Shown piece after piece: positions 7,493 through 17,192 of a DNA stretch of 64,000 nt. The translations under genes were made by a program, and so were the position numbers. This DNA comes from Clostridiaceae bacterium. GTDB taxonomy: Bacteria > Bacillota > Clostridia > Saccharofermentanales > DTU023. Position 1 is the stretch's first letter. Each line of letters begins with the position of its first letter. Location of the stretch: positions 70,711 to 134,710 of the forward strand of contig DUVH01000024.1 of NCBI GenBank assembly GCA_012841145.1, in the 5' to 3' direction. The notes below the pieces were generated by a model. That model searched no databases and had not been told where the DNA came from. It was given only the letters and a program-made list of their open reading frames with translations.

Positions 7493-9598
7493 TCAGCTGA
7501 AAAGTGAAAACGCAAGGAAAAGAGAGGCCATCAAGGAGGCGAGCAAGGACACCACGGTAATCTGCGTATTGATGGAAGGTCCCGCCGTATCTTTGAAGGG
7601 ATCACCGACTGTATCGCCGACAACTGCCGCTTTATGGGCCTCAGAGCCTTTACCGCCGCAGTTACCCGCCTCAACGTATTTTTTAGCATTATCCCAAAGT
7701 CCGCCCGCGTTTGACATGAAAAGCGAGAGCAATAGGCCGCTAACGATATTGCCTGTCAGGAAACCGCCAATGGCCGAAACGCCTCCGACAAAACCGACGA
7801 CAAGCGTTGCCACGATCGCGAACAGACCGGCGGGAATGAGCTCCTTCAATGCTCCGTCGGTCGCGATCGAGATGCATTTATCATACTCGGGAGCGACGCC
7901 TTCCCTGCCTTCTTTGAGTCCTTCAATTTCATCAAACTGGCGATGGATTTCATCAACCATACGTACAGCATTTCGATCGACTCCGCGCATCAACATGGCG
8001 GAAAAGACAGCCGGAACGGCGGCGCCGACAATTAAACCGAAGAAGACCAGGGGATCGATGATGTCAAAACCCTGCAAGAGACTTTCTCCCGCCTTGATGA
8101 TGCCCTGTTCAACGGCAGCGCCATTCACCTCGGTCATGTAAGCGCCGAGCATGGAGATAACCGTCAACCCTGCCGCACCGATAGCGAAACCTTTCGTAAT
8201 CGCCTTGACCGTGTTACCCGCACTGTCCAGCTCATCCGTAATTTCCAACGCGTCCTCTCCCAAGTCCGCCATCTCGACCAAGCCGCGCGCGTTGTCGACA
8301 ATCGGTCCGTATGCATCGTTCGAGACGATCATGCCCACGATGGACAACATGCCGACGGCCGACATGGCGATGCCGTACATCGCATAACCATCGCCCAACG
8401 GTTTGCATAACAAATAGGCGACTAGGGAAGCCACCGCGATTCCGAGCATGGCGGGGAGAACACTGATGAAAGAATAGGAAATGCCCGAAAGAATAGTAAA
8501 GGCTGGACCGGATTTCGACATCTTGGCCACGGCTTGTACCGGCGGACGTTCATCGTTCGTGAAATAGTCGGTGGTCAAACCGATGATCAGACCGACGGCT
8601 AAACCGACGGCCGCCGCTCCCCATACTCTCCATGAAAAACCCAAGAGAGCCGTCAAACCTGCAGTCACAGCCATATACACGGCAGTCGTCACGTAAGTGC
8701 TGAAATTCAAAACGTTCGTCGGACTGGAGCCCTCTTTAAGACGAGGAGTGCCGACACCGATGATGGATGCCAATAAACCCGCGGCCGCATAGCAGAATAC
8801 GGCCATGACATTGAGATTACCGCCAGTCTGTTGGTCGAGCGCTATTCCCATAACCAAAGCGGCCGCCATGGCTGCCACGTTGGAGTCGAACAAGTCTGCT
8901 CCCATACCCGCTACATCGCCGACATTGTCGCCGACATTGTCAGCAATGACTGCAGGATTACGCGGATCGTCTTCCGGCAAGCCTAAAGCCACTTTGCCTA
9001 CGAGGTCGGCACTGATATCCGCCGTCTTGGTGAAAATGCCGCCGCCCGCCTTGGCGAACAATGCCATGGTGCTGGCACCGAAACTGAAACCGAGCAAGGT
9101 CAGCGCATCACCGGTCAGGGCATAAATTCCGCAAACTCCCAAGAGACTGGCCCCGACGACAGCCATCCCCATGACCGCTCCTCCGCGGAAACCGCTGAGG
9201 AACGAGAGACTCCTTCCATGCTTGGCGGCAGCCTCAGCCGCACGCACGTTCGCTCGCGTGGCGACGGCAATCCCGATCTTTCCCGCCAATCCGGAGAATA
9301 CGGTTCCTGCGATATAGGCTAACATCATCGAGACATTATCCAGAATGTCTCCCTGCCAAATCGGTTTCGGCAAGAACAGCAAAATCAGGCAAGCGACCAC
9401 CGCGGCAAAATACGACAGATAACGATACTCGCGCCTGAGAAATGTGTTGGATCCTTCACGGATCAACTCCGACAATTCAAGCGCTCGCTTATTCTCAACC
9501 CTAATACCGGTCAACCAGCGATAAAGCAACCAGGCGACAATGAAGGCCAGAATACTGACCCCGAATGAAACGATAAGAACAATATTTAATTGATCCAT
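7493..9598 (-). CDS. hppA: Membrane-bound ion-translocating pyrophosphatase
   Basis: 701 aa, polytopic. Motifs GGGIFTKTADISADLVGKV, DNVGDNVGDVAGMGADLF and VVGDTVGDPFKDTAGPSIN. Confidence 0.97.
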   Translation of the reverse strand: MDQLNIVLIVSFGVSILAFIVAWLLYRWLTGIRVENKRALELSELIREGSNTFLRREYRYLSYFAAVVACLILLFLPKPIWQGDILDNVSMMLAYIAGTVFSGLAGKIGIAVATRANVRAAEAAAKHGRSLSFLSGFRGGAVMGMAVVGASLLGVCGIYALTGDALTLLGFSFGASTMALFAKAGGGIFTKTADISADLVGKVALGLPEDDPRNPAVIADNVGDNVGDVAGMGADLFDSNVAAMAAALVMGIALDQQTGGNLNVMAVFCYAAAGLLASIIGVGTPRLKEGSSPTNVLNFSTYVTTAVYMAVTAGLTALLGFSWRVWGAAAVGLAVGLIIGLTTDYFTNDERPPVQAVAKMSKSGPAFTILSGISYSFISVLPAMLGIAVASLVAYLLCKPLGDGYAMYGIAMSAVGMLSIVGMIVSNDAYGPIVDNARGLVEMADLGEDALEITDELDSAGNTVKAITKGFAIGAAGLTVISMLGAYMTEVNGAAVEQGIIKAGESLLQGFDIIDPLVFFGLIVGAAVPAVFSAMLMRGVDRNAVRMVDEIHRQFDEIEGLKEGREGVAPEYDKCISIATDGALKELIPAGLFAIVATLVVGFVGGVSAIGGFLTGNIVSGLLLSLFMSNAGGLWDNAKKYVEAGNCGGKGSEAHKAAVVGDTVGDPFKDTAGPSINTQITVVSLLASLMASLFLAFSLFS

Positions 9599-9746
9599 AG
9601 ACTACCTTCCCTCCAGATTTTGGAAAAAATAAGCCGTTTATATTCTCAGTCTTCAGGAGACTCTCTCCCGAAAGAAATCGAACTTATGCTAAAGAACAGT
9701 ATAACCGAAAGAAGGCACAGGTTGAGAAAAAAGTCGATAAATACGC

Positions 9747-11531
9747 TTATTTACTCGGAGAGCTCGGGCGTGTATAAGCGCGGTAGGTAAAGAGCGAATC
9801 GAAAGGCAGGCGGCTCTGAACTTCTCTGTTTTGCAGCGCGGCCTTTGCATACCCCGCTCCTAACGGAATAAACAGCCGTTCTTGAATCATCCATTCGGCA
9901 AGCTCTTGATAGTAATCCGTCATATCATATCGAGAATGGTTAGCAGGAAGATTATCGAACACGGCTCGCGCTCGAACGACATCAAACTCTTCGCCTGCAA
10001 TAAACTCGCCGTCTTTCCTTCCCGGTATGCTCGCAACCCTTTCGACCGTTTCAACAAATGTCTCGTTGACTGATGATTCCATGTAGGCAAGCTGATACTC
10101 ATCGCTCGACAATTTTCTTTGCCATTCACTCTTCAAAACGGGCTGCAACAAAACTTTTATCCCTTGCTCAGCCGCCATCTCCGCATAGTAAAAACATGCT
10201 GCCGCGGCGCGAGCGGAATGCACAGGATAGACCAGTGTCAAAGGCTTGAGAGGTTCACCTTCCAATAAGATCTCCTCTCCAGGCCGGCGCACCATTCCCG
10301 CACCTTCAATCAATGTATCGAAAAGATCCTCCGCAGTTTCGCCGGAAGCAGATTCCAGCGCGCCCCGATCAAGTTTCTGCATAACGGCCGGCGTGGAAAG
10401 AACGTCAGTGCTCGCTATCTCGATCGGATAGTCAGACCACAACGGTCCCGTTTCCTCCGGGTTTGCGATAGCAACAAGGAGATGGCGAAAAGCTCGTCGC
10501 CCGAGTTCCGGTCGACTCGCATAATTGATCGCCAGACCGCCCGACACCTGCCCTGAATAGACGTAGAGCAAATCGGGATGATCTTGTCTGTCTTTAGTCG
10601 GATACTCGAGAAAGAATCTCTTTTCCTGAGTATCAACGTCACCAATCAGCAAATCGATCTCCGAGTTTTCAATGGCGCGGCAGGCAAACGAAGTCTGCGC
10701 ATACTTTAAAACGGTCAAAAAAGGAGGGTCGGATTCTTCGCCGCCGAAATGTCGCGCAAAAGAAATGGAACCTGCATCCTCCTGATAAAATTTCCAAGGT
10801 CCCGTACCAACCACGCGAACAGATTCTTCCTGAAGTGAAGCGGCGTCCGGAACGTCGGTAACGGCACTCGACCAGATGTGCGATGCAACGACCGGCATAC
10901 GCGACAGCGCATCGAGCACGAGCCAGCCGGCTCTCTTCTCATTCCTGTCAACGGATATCTTAAGCACGCTGTCTCCCTCAGTGCTCATGCCTGTTATATA
11001 GCGAGAGAAAACTTCCCCCTTGTCCGTTTCCCATTTTTGGTGAACACTTATTGTGAACAAGACGTCTTGAGCGGTGAAAGGATAATCGTCGTGCCACAGC
11101 TGATCTTCGTGTAGCACGATTTGGATACCTTGATCGCTCAGCTCAAACGATTTTGCCAGAATCGGGCGGTATGATAGAAGCACCGGTTCAAATACGAACA
11201 ACGTCCGGTAAACAGGCTGGTAATAACCGGACGGGTCGACGGGAAAGAGATGCGTTCCTGTCGCGAAAGGATTGAGGTTGAAATGATCGGGATCGTTGAC
11301 CGCTACCGTGATGCGATCTTCGCGATCGCCCGGCAAACCTTTCACGAGGACGGGATCATTCGGCAATGAGATATCGGTATCGGACGGCTCCGTCACACGA
11401 CTCTCGGAAACCGTCTCCGTGGGAGCAGGGGGTCTATGAGGGGAGCAAGCGCACAATGTCGCGGACAACAGAAAAAACATCGCTGTGAACAGGGCGCGCC
11501 ACGCTACTTTATCTCGAAGATAACCTCTCAT
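9747..11531 (-). CDS. ABC-transporter substrate-binding lipoprotein (family 5, peptide/nickel type)
   Basis: Signal peptide with LSATLCAC lipobox, and size and overall pattern of an SBP_bac_5 protein. ATG 11531 has GGAGG 8 nt upstream. No permease or ATPase genes are adjacent. Confidence 0.6.
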   Translation of the reverse strand: MRGYLRDKVAWRALFTAMFFLLSATLCACSPHRPPAPTETVSESRVTEPSDTDISLPNDPVLVKGLPGDREDRITVAVNDPDHFNLNPFATGTHLFPVDPSGYYQPVYRTLFVFEPVLLSYRPILAKSFELSDQGIQIVLHEDQLWHDDYPFTAQDVLFTISVHQKWETDKGEVFSRYITGMSTEGDSVLKISVDRNEKRAGWLVLDALSRMPVVASHIWSSAVTDVPDAASLQEESVRVVGTGPWKFYQEDAGSISFARHFGGEESDPPFLTVLKYAQTSFACRAIENSEIDLLIGDVDTQEKRFFLEYPTKDRQDHPDLLYVYSGQVSGGLAINYASRPELGRRAFRHLLVAIANPEETGPLWSDYPIEIASTDVLSTPAVMQKLDRGALESASGETAEDLFDTLIEGAGMVRRPGEEILLEGEPLKPLTLVYPVHSARAAAACFYYAEMAAEQGIKVLLQPVLKSEWQRKLSSDEYQLAYMESSVNETFVETVERVASIPGRKDGEFIAGEEFDVVRARAVFDNLPANHSRYDMTDYYQELAEWMIQERLFIPLGAGYAKAALQNREVQSRLPFDSLFTYRAYTRPSSPSK

Positions 11532-11583
11532 GAAAAACCTCCGCCGGATGGACAATTTGCTAAAATTATTTTAACATGAGCCG

Positions 11584-12297
11584 ATGAATAACATGAAACG
11601 AAAAGGAAAGTGGACGGACCGTCGGTGGTTCCGAGTCATTATCAGAATCATGGCAATCGTATTGGGAATTCTTCTTGCAATATCGGGATCTGTTCTCTTT
11701 ATCTATGCCTATATCTCGATCAAAGGAAATTCCCGCACATTCAAAATTGACGATCTGCCGCGCCGTGTCGACTGCATCATTGTCCTCGGCGCACAGATTA
11801 TCGGCAACCGCAAACCTTCTCCCATGTTACAGGATCGGCTAGACGGCGCCGTCGAGTTATTCCGCGCTGGCGTGTCGGATCGCATCATCGTGACAGGCGA
11901 TCACCGCGAAGACAACTACAACGAGCCTCGCGTCATGTATAAATATCTTCTGGAACAAGGAATCCCGGACGAAGCCATTTTTATGGATCACTTCGGACTC
12001 GATACGTACGACTCCATATACCGTGCAGTTCATGTTTTTCAAGTAAAAACGGCCGTCATTGTAACACAGCGCTTTCACCTCCAACGGGCGCTGTACATAG
12101 GCGATAAACTCGGATTGGACTGTGTCGGATACGCGACAAATCCGCGCCTCTACGCGTCGACACCTTACATGCTTGTTCGCGAGCTTGGCGCCCGCTTGAA
12201 GGCCTTATACGAAACAAATACAGATGCGTCCCCGGGAAAGATGAGCCCGCCTTTCCCGATATCGGGTGACGGCAGAGATACGCGGAATTCTTTTTGA
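11584..12297 (+). CDS. sanA: SanA/YdcF (DUF218) family membrane protein
   Basis: N-terminal TM helix, then CIIVLGAQI, IIVTGDHREDNYNE and VIVTQRFHLQRALYIG. Confidence 0.8.
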   Translation: MNNMKRKGKWTDRRWFRVIIRIMAIVLGILLAISGSVLFIYAYISIKGNSRTFKIDDLPRRVDCIIVLGAQIIGNRKPSPMLQDRLDGAVELFRAGVSDRIIVTGDHREDNYNEPRVMYKYLLEQGIPDEAIFMDHFGLDTYDSIYRAVHVFQVKTAVIVTQRFHLQRALYIGDKLGLDCVGYATNPRLYASTPYMLVRELGARLKALYETNTDASPGKMSPPFPISGDGRDTRNSF

Positions 12298-12329
12298 CAG
12301 ATTAATTTGGGATAAAACAAGTGTGCGAC

Positions 12330-12558
12330 GAATGAACCTTGACGTTAAGACTCCGCTGCCAAACTTCACTCTATCAAGAATCCTAGCGTTAAGTTACTTC
12401 TGTCACGCTTCGCTCCAGCAGGAATCCTGATGTTAAGACACAGCTGCAGCACGATCTGCTCCATCACGAATCCTGACTTTGAATCGCCGCTACATTGTTT
12501 CGCTCCATTATGACTCCTAGCGTTAAGTCGCCGCTACAGCGCTCCGCTCCATCGTAAC
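12330..12558. repeat. Five degenerate tandem repeats of 44-48 bp
   Basis: Units start at 12330, 12378, 12422, 12468 and 12512. Each has a GAATCCTnnnGTTAAG head block and a CGCTCCA tail block. The last unit is the 3' end plus stop of CDS 12523..13599. Confidence 0.8.
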
Positions 12559-13599
12559 GCGCACGGCGCGGACATTCGCCGCGAGAACGTTAACAGCGGT
12601 AAAGAGTTCCACGCCCGCGCTGACAGCCGTCTGTGTTTCTGCCAAAACGGACTGCGTGCTCGAGCCGTAAAAAATGGCTAAATCGAGATCGAGTATGACA
12701 CCGTACGGCTCTTTACGCACTTTCTGGGCGACAACATCCGCCACACCGTCGACTTTCAGCGCGAGGACACTGACAAGATCTTTCATCGCCTGGTCGGACA
12801 TCGCGTAACTGCCGAGCGTCGAAAAAGTAGGGCGAACGACGGTGCGGTCGTAATCTATTGGATTTTGCGCACTTGAAGAACTGAAGACGTTTCCGAGGTC
12901 AAACCTCTGCCATAGCCGCGCGAGCGGTTCGGTCAGATATCCGGAAAACTCATGCTTGATCTCCATGCTTGGTACGGGAATCGTATGCTTCCCCTCCGAC
13001 AATCGCGTCTGTTTCGCTTGATTGCGTTCGCTCTCCGTCGAAACATCTTCAATTCTAATCTTGATCGAGGGCTGATTGAGCCAGAGATTCTCGCAAATAC
13101 GTGACAGCATCGCATCTGATGTGCCGAGGATCATCAACGCGCTGGGAAGGCGCTCGATCAAGGTGCGTCGCATATTTTCCGCACGCGCCGGATCAAGGAA
13201 CAGCGCCTGCCGTACCGATTCCATCTTCGACTCCGCCCGCTTGGCTGAAGAACCTGCGACAATCGCACCTCCGTGGATCAAAAGGCCGTCATCAATAATG
13301 TAGTCAATTTGATACTCTCGCGCGACACTGATGGCTCGTGTAGATTTCCCGGTCCCGCTCGACCCGACAAAGGAGATAACGGCAATATTTCCGAGCGTTT
13401 CACGTATTTCGTTCTGCGTCTGCTCTTCATACGCAATGGTGCGCTCGTTCATCTGGGTGATAACAGCATCGGCCAATCTCCCGAACGGATTAAAAATCGG
13501 TTCGGGTATATGCGACTCACGTTCTCGACGGAGTCCCGCCGCGCGCTCTTTTTCAGCTTTGCGCAAATCGCGTCGCCGTTTAAACCACCCGTAGATCAT
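12523..13599 (-). CDS. P-loop NTPase fused to an Asp23/Gls24-like C-terminal domain, function unknown
   Basis: Walker A GSSGTGKST at about aa 80. The C-terminal 110 aa (MSDQAMKDLVSVLALKVDGVADV...ILDLDLAIFYGSSTQSVLAETQTAV...NVRAVRV) follow the Asp23 pattern. Only 2 nt downstream of yebC. Confidence 0.6.
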   Translation of the reverse strand: MIYGWFKRRRDLRKAEKERAAGLRRERESHIPEPIFNPFGRLADAVITQMNERTIAYEEQTQNEIRETLGNIAVISFVGSSGTGKSTRAISVAREYQIDYIIDDGLLIHGGAIVAGSSAKRAESKMESVRQALFLDPARAENMRRTLIERLPSALMILGTSDAMLSRICENLWLNQPSIKIRIEDVSTESERNQAKQTRLSEGKHTIPVPSMEIKHEFSGYLTEPLARLWQRFDLGNVFSSSSAQNPIDYDRTVVRPTFSTLGSYAMSDQAMKDLVSVLALKVDGVADVVAQKVRKEPYGVILDLDLAIFYGSSTQSVLAETQTAVSAGVELFTAVNVLAANVRAVRVTMERSAVAAT

Positions 13600-13601
13600 A
13601 G

Positions 13602-14339
13602 CTACGCGTCATCCTCCTGCGCCCAGTTATGGTAGACATCCTGCACATCATCGTTATCTTCCAAGAGATCGATGAGTTTCGTCATATTTGAAATTGTCTC
13701 TTCGTCCTCCAGCTCAACCCAAGTAAGGGGCACAGGGCCGAGATCTTGTGCGGCAAATTCGTATTTTTGTGCCAACGAGTCGCGAACGGCGGCAAAATCG
13801 GTCGGGGCAGTCGTAATCTCAATGACATCATCAAGATCGAGGTCAACATCTTCGGCACCTGCTTCAAGCGCATCCATAAAGACTTGATCATCATCGACCG
13901 TGTCATTTCGCTCAATCACGAGCGTTCCCTTGCGCTCGAACTGAAATGCAACACAACCGTCGGATCCGAGATTCCCGCCATATTTATCGAAGATGTGCCG
14001 CACTTCGCCGGCAGTCCTATTGCGGTTATCCGTCAGCACACGCACCATGACAGCCACACCGGCGGGACCGTATCCTTCGTATTGGATTTCCTCCATCGCA
14101 TCGGAAGAGTTGTCACCCGCCGCACGGCTGATGGAGCGTTGAATGTTGTCATTCGGCATATTATACGATCTCGCCTTTGCGATAACATCACGAAGAACGT
14201 TATTTGTTTCGGGGTCGGGACCGCCCGAACGTACAGCAACTTGAATTTCACGTCCGATCTTTGAAAAAATCTTGGCGCGCTTTTCATCGGCTGCGCCCTT
14301 GCGATGTTTGATATTACTCCACTTTGAATGACCAGCCAT
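13602..14339 (-). CDS. yebC: YebC/PmpR-family DNA-binding regulator / translation factor
   Basis: MAGHSKWSNIKHRKGAADEKRAKIFSKIGREI, with full-length family pattern. Confidence 0.95.
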   Translation of the reverse strand: MAGHSKWSNIKHRKGAADEKRAKIFSKIGREIQVAVRSGGPDPETNNVLRDVIAKARSYNMPNDNIQRSISRAAGDNSSDAMEEIQYEGYGPAGVAVMVRVLTDNRNRTAGEVRHIFDKYGGNLGSDGCVAFQFERKGTLVIERNDTVDDDQVFMDALEAGAEDVDLDLDDVIEITTAPTDFAAVRDSLAQKYEFAAQDLGPVPLTWVELEDEETISNMTKLIDLLEDNDDVQDVYHNWAQEDDA

Positions 14340-14407
14340 AAAGCCTCCAGAAGATGTCCGTTTGCCGGTTTTTACACGACAGCGATGTGGCGAACCTGCA
14401 AATGTCG

Positions 14408-14508
14408 TTTATTCATTATACACGCCGCGTGAACAGGATACTTTCCAAAAGATCATCAGACGCTCCTACTCAAAGGATTTATTCATTATACACACTTGCG
14501 TGAGCGGG
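14408..14508 (-). promoter_or_regulatory. Duplicated promoter-like block upstream of yebC
   Basis: TTTATTCATTATACAC(n)GCGTGA(n)C(n)GG occurs at 14408-14438 and again at 14478-14508, 70 nt apart. On the minus strand each copy reads ...GTGTATAATGAATAAA and so contains a TATAAT box. Confidence 0.4.
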
Positions 14509-14522
14509 ATGCCTGAAGGTTG

Positions 14523-15182
14523 TCATGTAGCGGGCGGTGATTCGCCGATCATCATTGTCGCCTCGAGCCACCGCTCACCGGCGGGTTCCCACTCGGCTTC
14601 ACCGGAAGAATAATTCATAATCATCTCGTGTAACGATTCGACGCGATCATCGGTCGTGCCGACAATCCAGCGAACGGATGCACCGAAATCGGGCGTCTGC
14701 TGATAATAACCGCTCGCCTCAAGGCGTCCGGCAAGCTGGTGGTAAACGGCGTAATCCGTCATAACGGAGAATGTTCGGCAACGAATATACTCGACCGGTT
14801 GCGCATCGAGCAAAGCTCCTCGCGCTCCGTAAGAATAGGCTCGTGTCAGACCGCCAGTGCCCAGCTTTATGCCGCCAAAATATCGGATGACGACGATGCC
14901 CACGCGATCGATTTCCTCTCTGAGTATAACCTCGAGTACTTGTCGACCCGCAGTACCTTGCGGCTCTCCATCATCGGAGAACCGCTGCAGCTGAACGGGG
15001 CGATCGATTCGCCATCCATATACGTAATGGGTCGCCTCGGGAAACAAGACGCGTGCATCGTCCAAGAGTGCCGTCGCCTCATCGGCAGATGCGATCGGAC
15101 GACAGATTCCGATGAAACGCGAGCCGCGATCGAAAAACTCGAAGTGACCTTCGCGTCGGACAGTCGTAAACCGATCAGACAT
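14523..15182 (-). CDS. yigZ: YigZ / IMPACT-family protein
   Basis: DRGSRFIGICRP, THYVYGWRI and RFSDDGEPQGTAGRQVL. The start could be 15182 or 15215. It overlaps the serS stop. Confidence 0.85.
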   Translation of the reverse strand: MSDRFTTVRREGHFEFFDRGSRFIGICRPIASADEATALLDDARVLFPEATHYVYGWRIDRPVQLQRFSDDGEPQGTAGRQVLEVILREEIDRVGIVVIRYFGGIKLGTGGLTRAYSYGARGALLDAQPVEYIRCRTFSVMTDYAVYHQLAGRLEASGYYQQTPDFGASVRWIVGTTDDRVESLHEMIMNYSSGEAEWEPAGERWLEATMMIGESPPAT

Positions 15183-16470
15183 TGCTCTCGGCAAGCGGGT
15201 GAATAACCTCGACACCGTGCATCCACGGCCTCAAAACTTCCGGTACGACGATCGAGCCGTCCGACTGCTGGCACTGCTCAACGATGGCGGGAATCACGCG
15301 CGATGTCGCAAGTCCTGAACCGTTCAATGTGTGACAGAACTCCACCTTGCCCGTGTCCGCTCTCCTGAAACGGATGTTGCCTCTGCGAGCCTGATAATCG
15401 GCAGCCGTCGAGACGGAGCTGACTTCTTTATAGATTTGCATACTGGGAATCCAGATCTCGATATCGTAAGTCTTGCGCATCCCCGCAGAGCAGTCACCCG
15501 CCGCCAAACGGCTGACACGATGCACGAGTCCCAGCCCTTCGACGAGTCGAGCGGCTTTCCGTACCAATTCTTCAAAAGCTTCCTCGGAATCTTCAGGACG
15601 CGTGTATTGGAACATCTCGACTTTATTAAACTGATGACCGCGAATCATCCCGCGCTCATCGGCACGATACGAGCCGGCTTCACGCCGATAGCACGGCGTA
15701 TAAGCGAAATACTTCTTCGGGAGCTCGGCTTCCGTCAAAATCTCGTCGGCATGCAGATTCGTCAAAGCAGTCTCCGCGGTCGGGAGCAAAAACTGAAAAT
15801 CAGCACCGCCGCCCTTGAGCTGAAAAACGTCGTCCTCGAATTTCGGAAATTGTCCGCCGACATAGCCACAGGAGTAGTTCAGAATATGCGGCGTCAGCAT
15901 CATCTCGTACCCGTCGTTCAAATGATCGTTCACAAAATAGTTGAGAAGCGCCCATTCGAGAATAGCGCCGGCTCCACGATAAATCCAGAAACCGCTGCCG
16001 GAAAGCTTGACGCCTCGTTCGTAATCGATCATACCGGTCGACTCGACGAGATCGACGTGATTCTTCATCGCGGCATCTACAGGCATAGGCTCGCCCCATA
16101 CGGTGACGACCTCGTTGTTCTCTTTGCCGCCGGCGGGAATATCATCGGCAGGGATGTTGGGTATTCCCCTCAAAAACTCCTGCTGTTCATCCGTCATCTT
16201 ATTGATCAGGATGTCGTTTTCCTTAATCCGATCGCTGAGTTGACGAAGACCTTCCGTCCATGCGGAAATATCGCCACCTTGTTTTTTAATCATCGGAATC
16301 TCGGCCGACTTTTTGTTGCGTTCGGCTTTAAGTTCTTCATTCTGATGCATCATAGCGCGTCGCTTTGCATCAGCTTCCAGAAATTCAGTAAAATCAATGT
16401 CAAAACCGCGCCTTGCGAGCTTTTCGCTCACCTCCTGCGGATTATTTCTAATGTAAACAATATCTAACAT
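15175..16470 (-). CDS. serS: Seryl-tRNA synthetase
   Basis: N-terminal coiled-coil arm MLDIVYIRNNPQEV. Class II motifs YRREAGSYRADERGMIRGHQFNKVE and NGSGLATSRVIPAIVE. Confidence 0.97.
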   Translation of the reverse strand: MLDIVYIRNNPQEVSEKLARRGFDIDFTEFLEADAKRRAMMHQNEELKAERNKKSAEIPMIKKQGGDISAWTEGLRQLSDRIKENDILINKMTDEQQEFLRGIPNIPADDIPAGGKENNEVVTVWGEPMPVDAAMKNHVDLVESTGMIDYERGVKLSGSGFWIYRGAGAILEWALLNYFVNDHLNDGYEMMLTPHILNYSCGYVGGQFPKFEDDVFQLKGGGADFQFLLPTAETALTNLHADEILTEAELPKKYFAYTPCYRREAGSYRADERGMIRGHQFNKVEMFQYTRPEDSEEAFEELVRKAARLVEGLGLVHRVSRLAAGDCSAGMRKTYDIEIWIPSMQIYKEVSSVSTAADYQARRGNIRFRRADTGKVEFCHTLNGSGLATSRVIPAIVEQCQQSDGSIVVPEVLRPWMHGVEVIHPLAESNV

Positions 16471-16537
16471 CTACTTATCCTTTCTATATAAATAACATCA
16501 AAACAATCAACGACATCTATTCTAGCACGAGCGACAA

Positions 16538-17164
16538 TCAATCGAGTCCATTGTCGGCAAGCAGCGCCTCTTCGATGAAACGATCCATCAGCTCTTTGTC
16601 GATCGATGCCGGGATAACGCCGACAAAAAAGCCTTCCCGATCAATCAAATACGTCGTCGGAAGGCCGGTGATCGCATATTCTACAAAAGTTTTTCCGTCT
16701 ACATCCATCAGCACGGGAAAGGTCAGGCCGTTTTCTGTCAGAAACGCTTTCAACTCCTCAACGCTCTTTTCCTGTTTCACCTCCATCTCCTCACCTACTT
16801 CTGACGTTTCGGAGGGTAGAACGACCCCGAGTACAACAACCTCGCTCTGATTCTGAGAGCGATCTTGATAAACCTGCTCTAGATCAGGCAACTCCAAACA
16901 ACAGAGATCGCACCACGTCGCCCAGAAATTCAAATAAACAATCTTGCCCCGATAATCCGACAGCCGATGTGTCGTTCCGAACTGATCCGTCAGTTCAAAC
17001 TCAGGAGCCTTCGAATGACCGAGCGCGTTCGTCTCAAGCGTTCTCGGTTCCTCCGGCGTCTCCGCCTCTTTCCGACACGCCGTGCATGTAGATAAAAGGG
17101 AAACGAGAAACACCGCCACGCACACCATCGTCATCATCGTCCGCTTCTTTTTTGCAATATTCAT
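16538..17164 (-). CDS. TlpA/ResA-like thiol-disulfide oxidoreductase lipoprotein
   Basis: Signal peptide, then a thioredoxin-fold motif YLNFWATWCDLCCLELP (CxxC). Confidence 0.8.
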   Translation of the reverse strand: MNIAKKKRTMMTMVCVAVFLVSLLSTCTACRKEAETPEEPRTLETNALGHSKAPEFELTDQFGTTHRLSDYRGKIVYLNFWATWCDLCCLELPDLEQVYQDRSQNQSEVVVLGVVLPSETSEVGEEMEVKQEKSVEELKAFLTENGLTFPVLMDVDGKTFVEYAITGLPTTYLIDREGFFVGVIPASIDKELMDRFIEEALLADNGLD

Positions 17165-17192
17165 CTAGGCCTCTTTTTCTGCTATAAAATGT

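Noticed and set aside
9747-11531. Orphan substrate-binding protein gene with no permease or ATPase neighbours, considered as a possible unusual system.
   Set aside because: Orphan SBP genes are common and nothing else in the sequence marks it as special. Noted only in the feature table.
12330-12558. CRISPR array interpretation of the 45-bp repeats, and likewise of the 23-nt repeats at 53557-53625.
   Set aside because: The units are directly contiguous with no unique spacers, are degenerate, and no cas genes are present in the window.
16471-16537. T-box leader upstream of serS.
   Set aside because: Only about 67 nt separate serS from the upstream gene, which is far too short for a T-box. No specifier or T-box sequence was seen.
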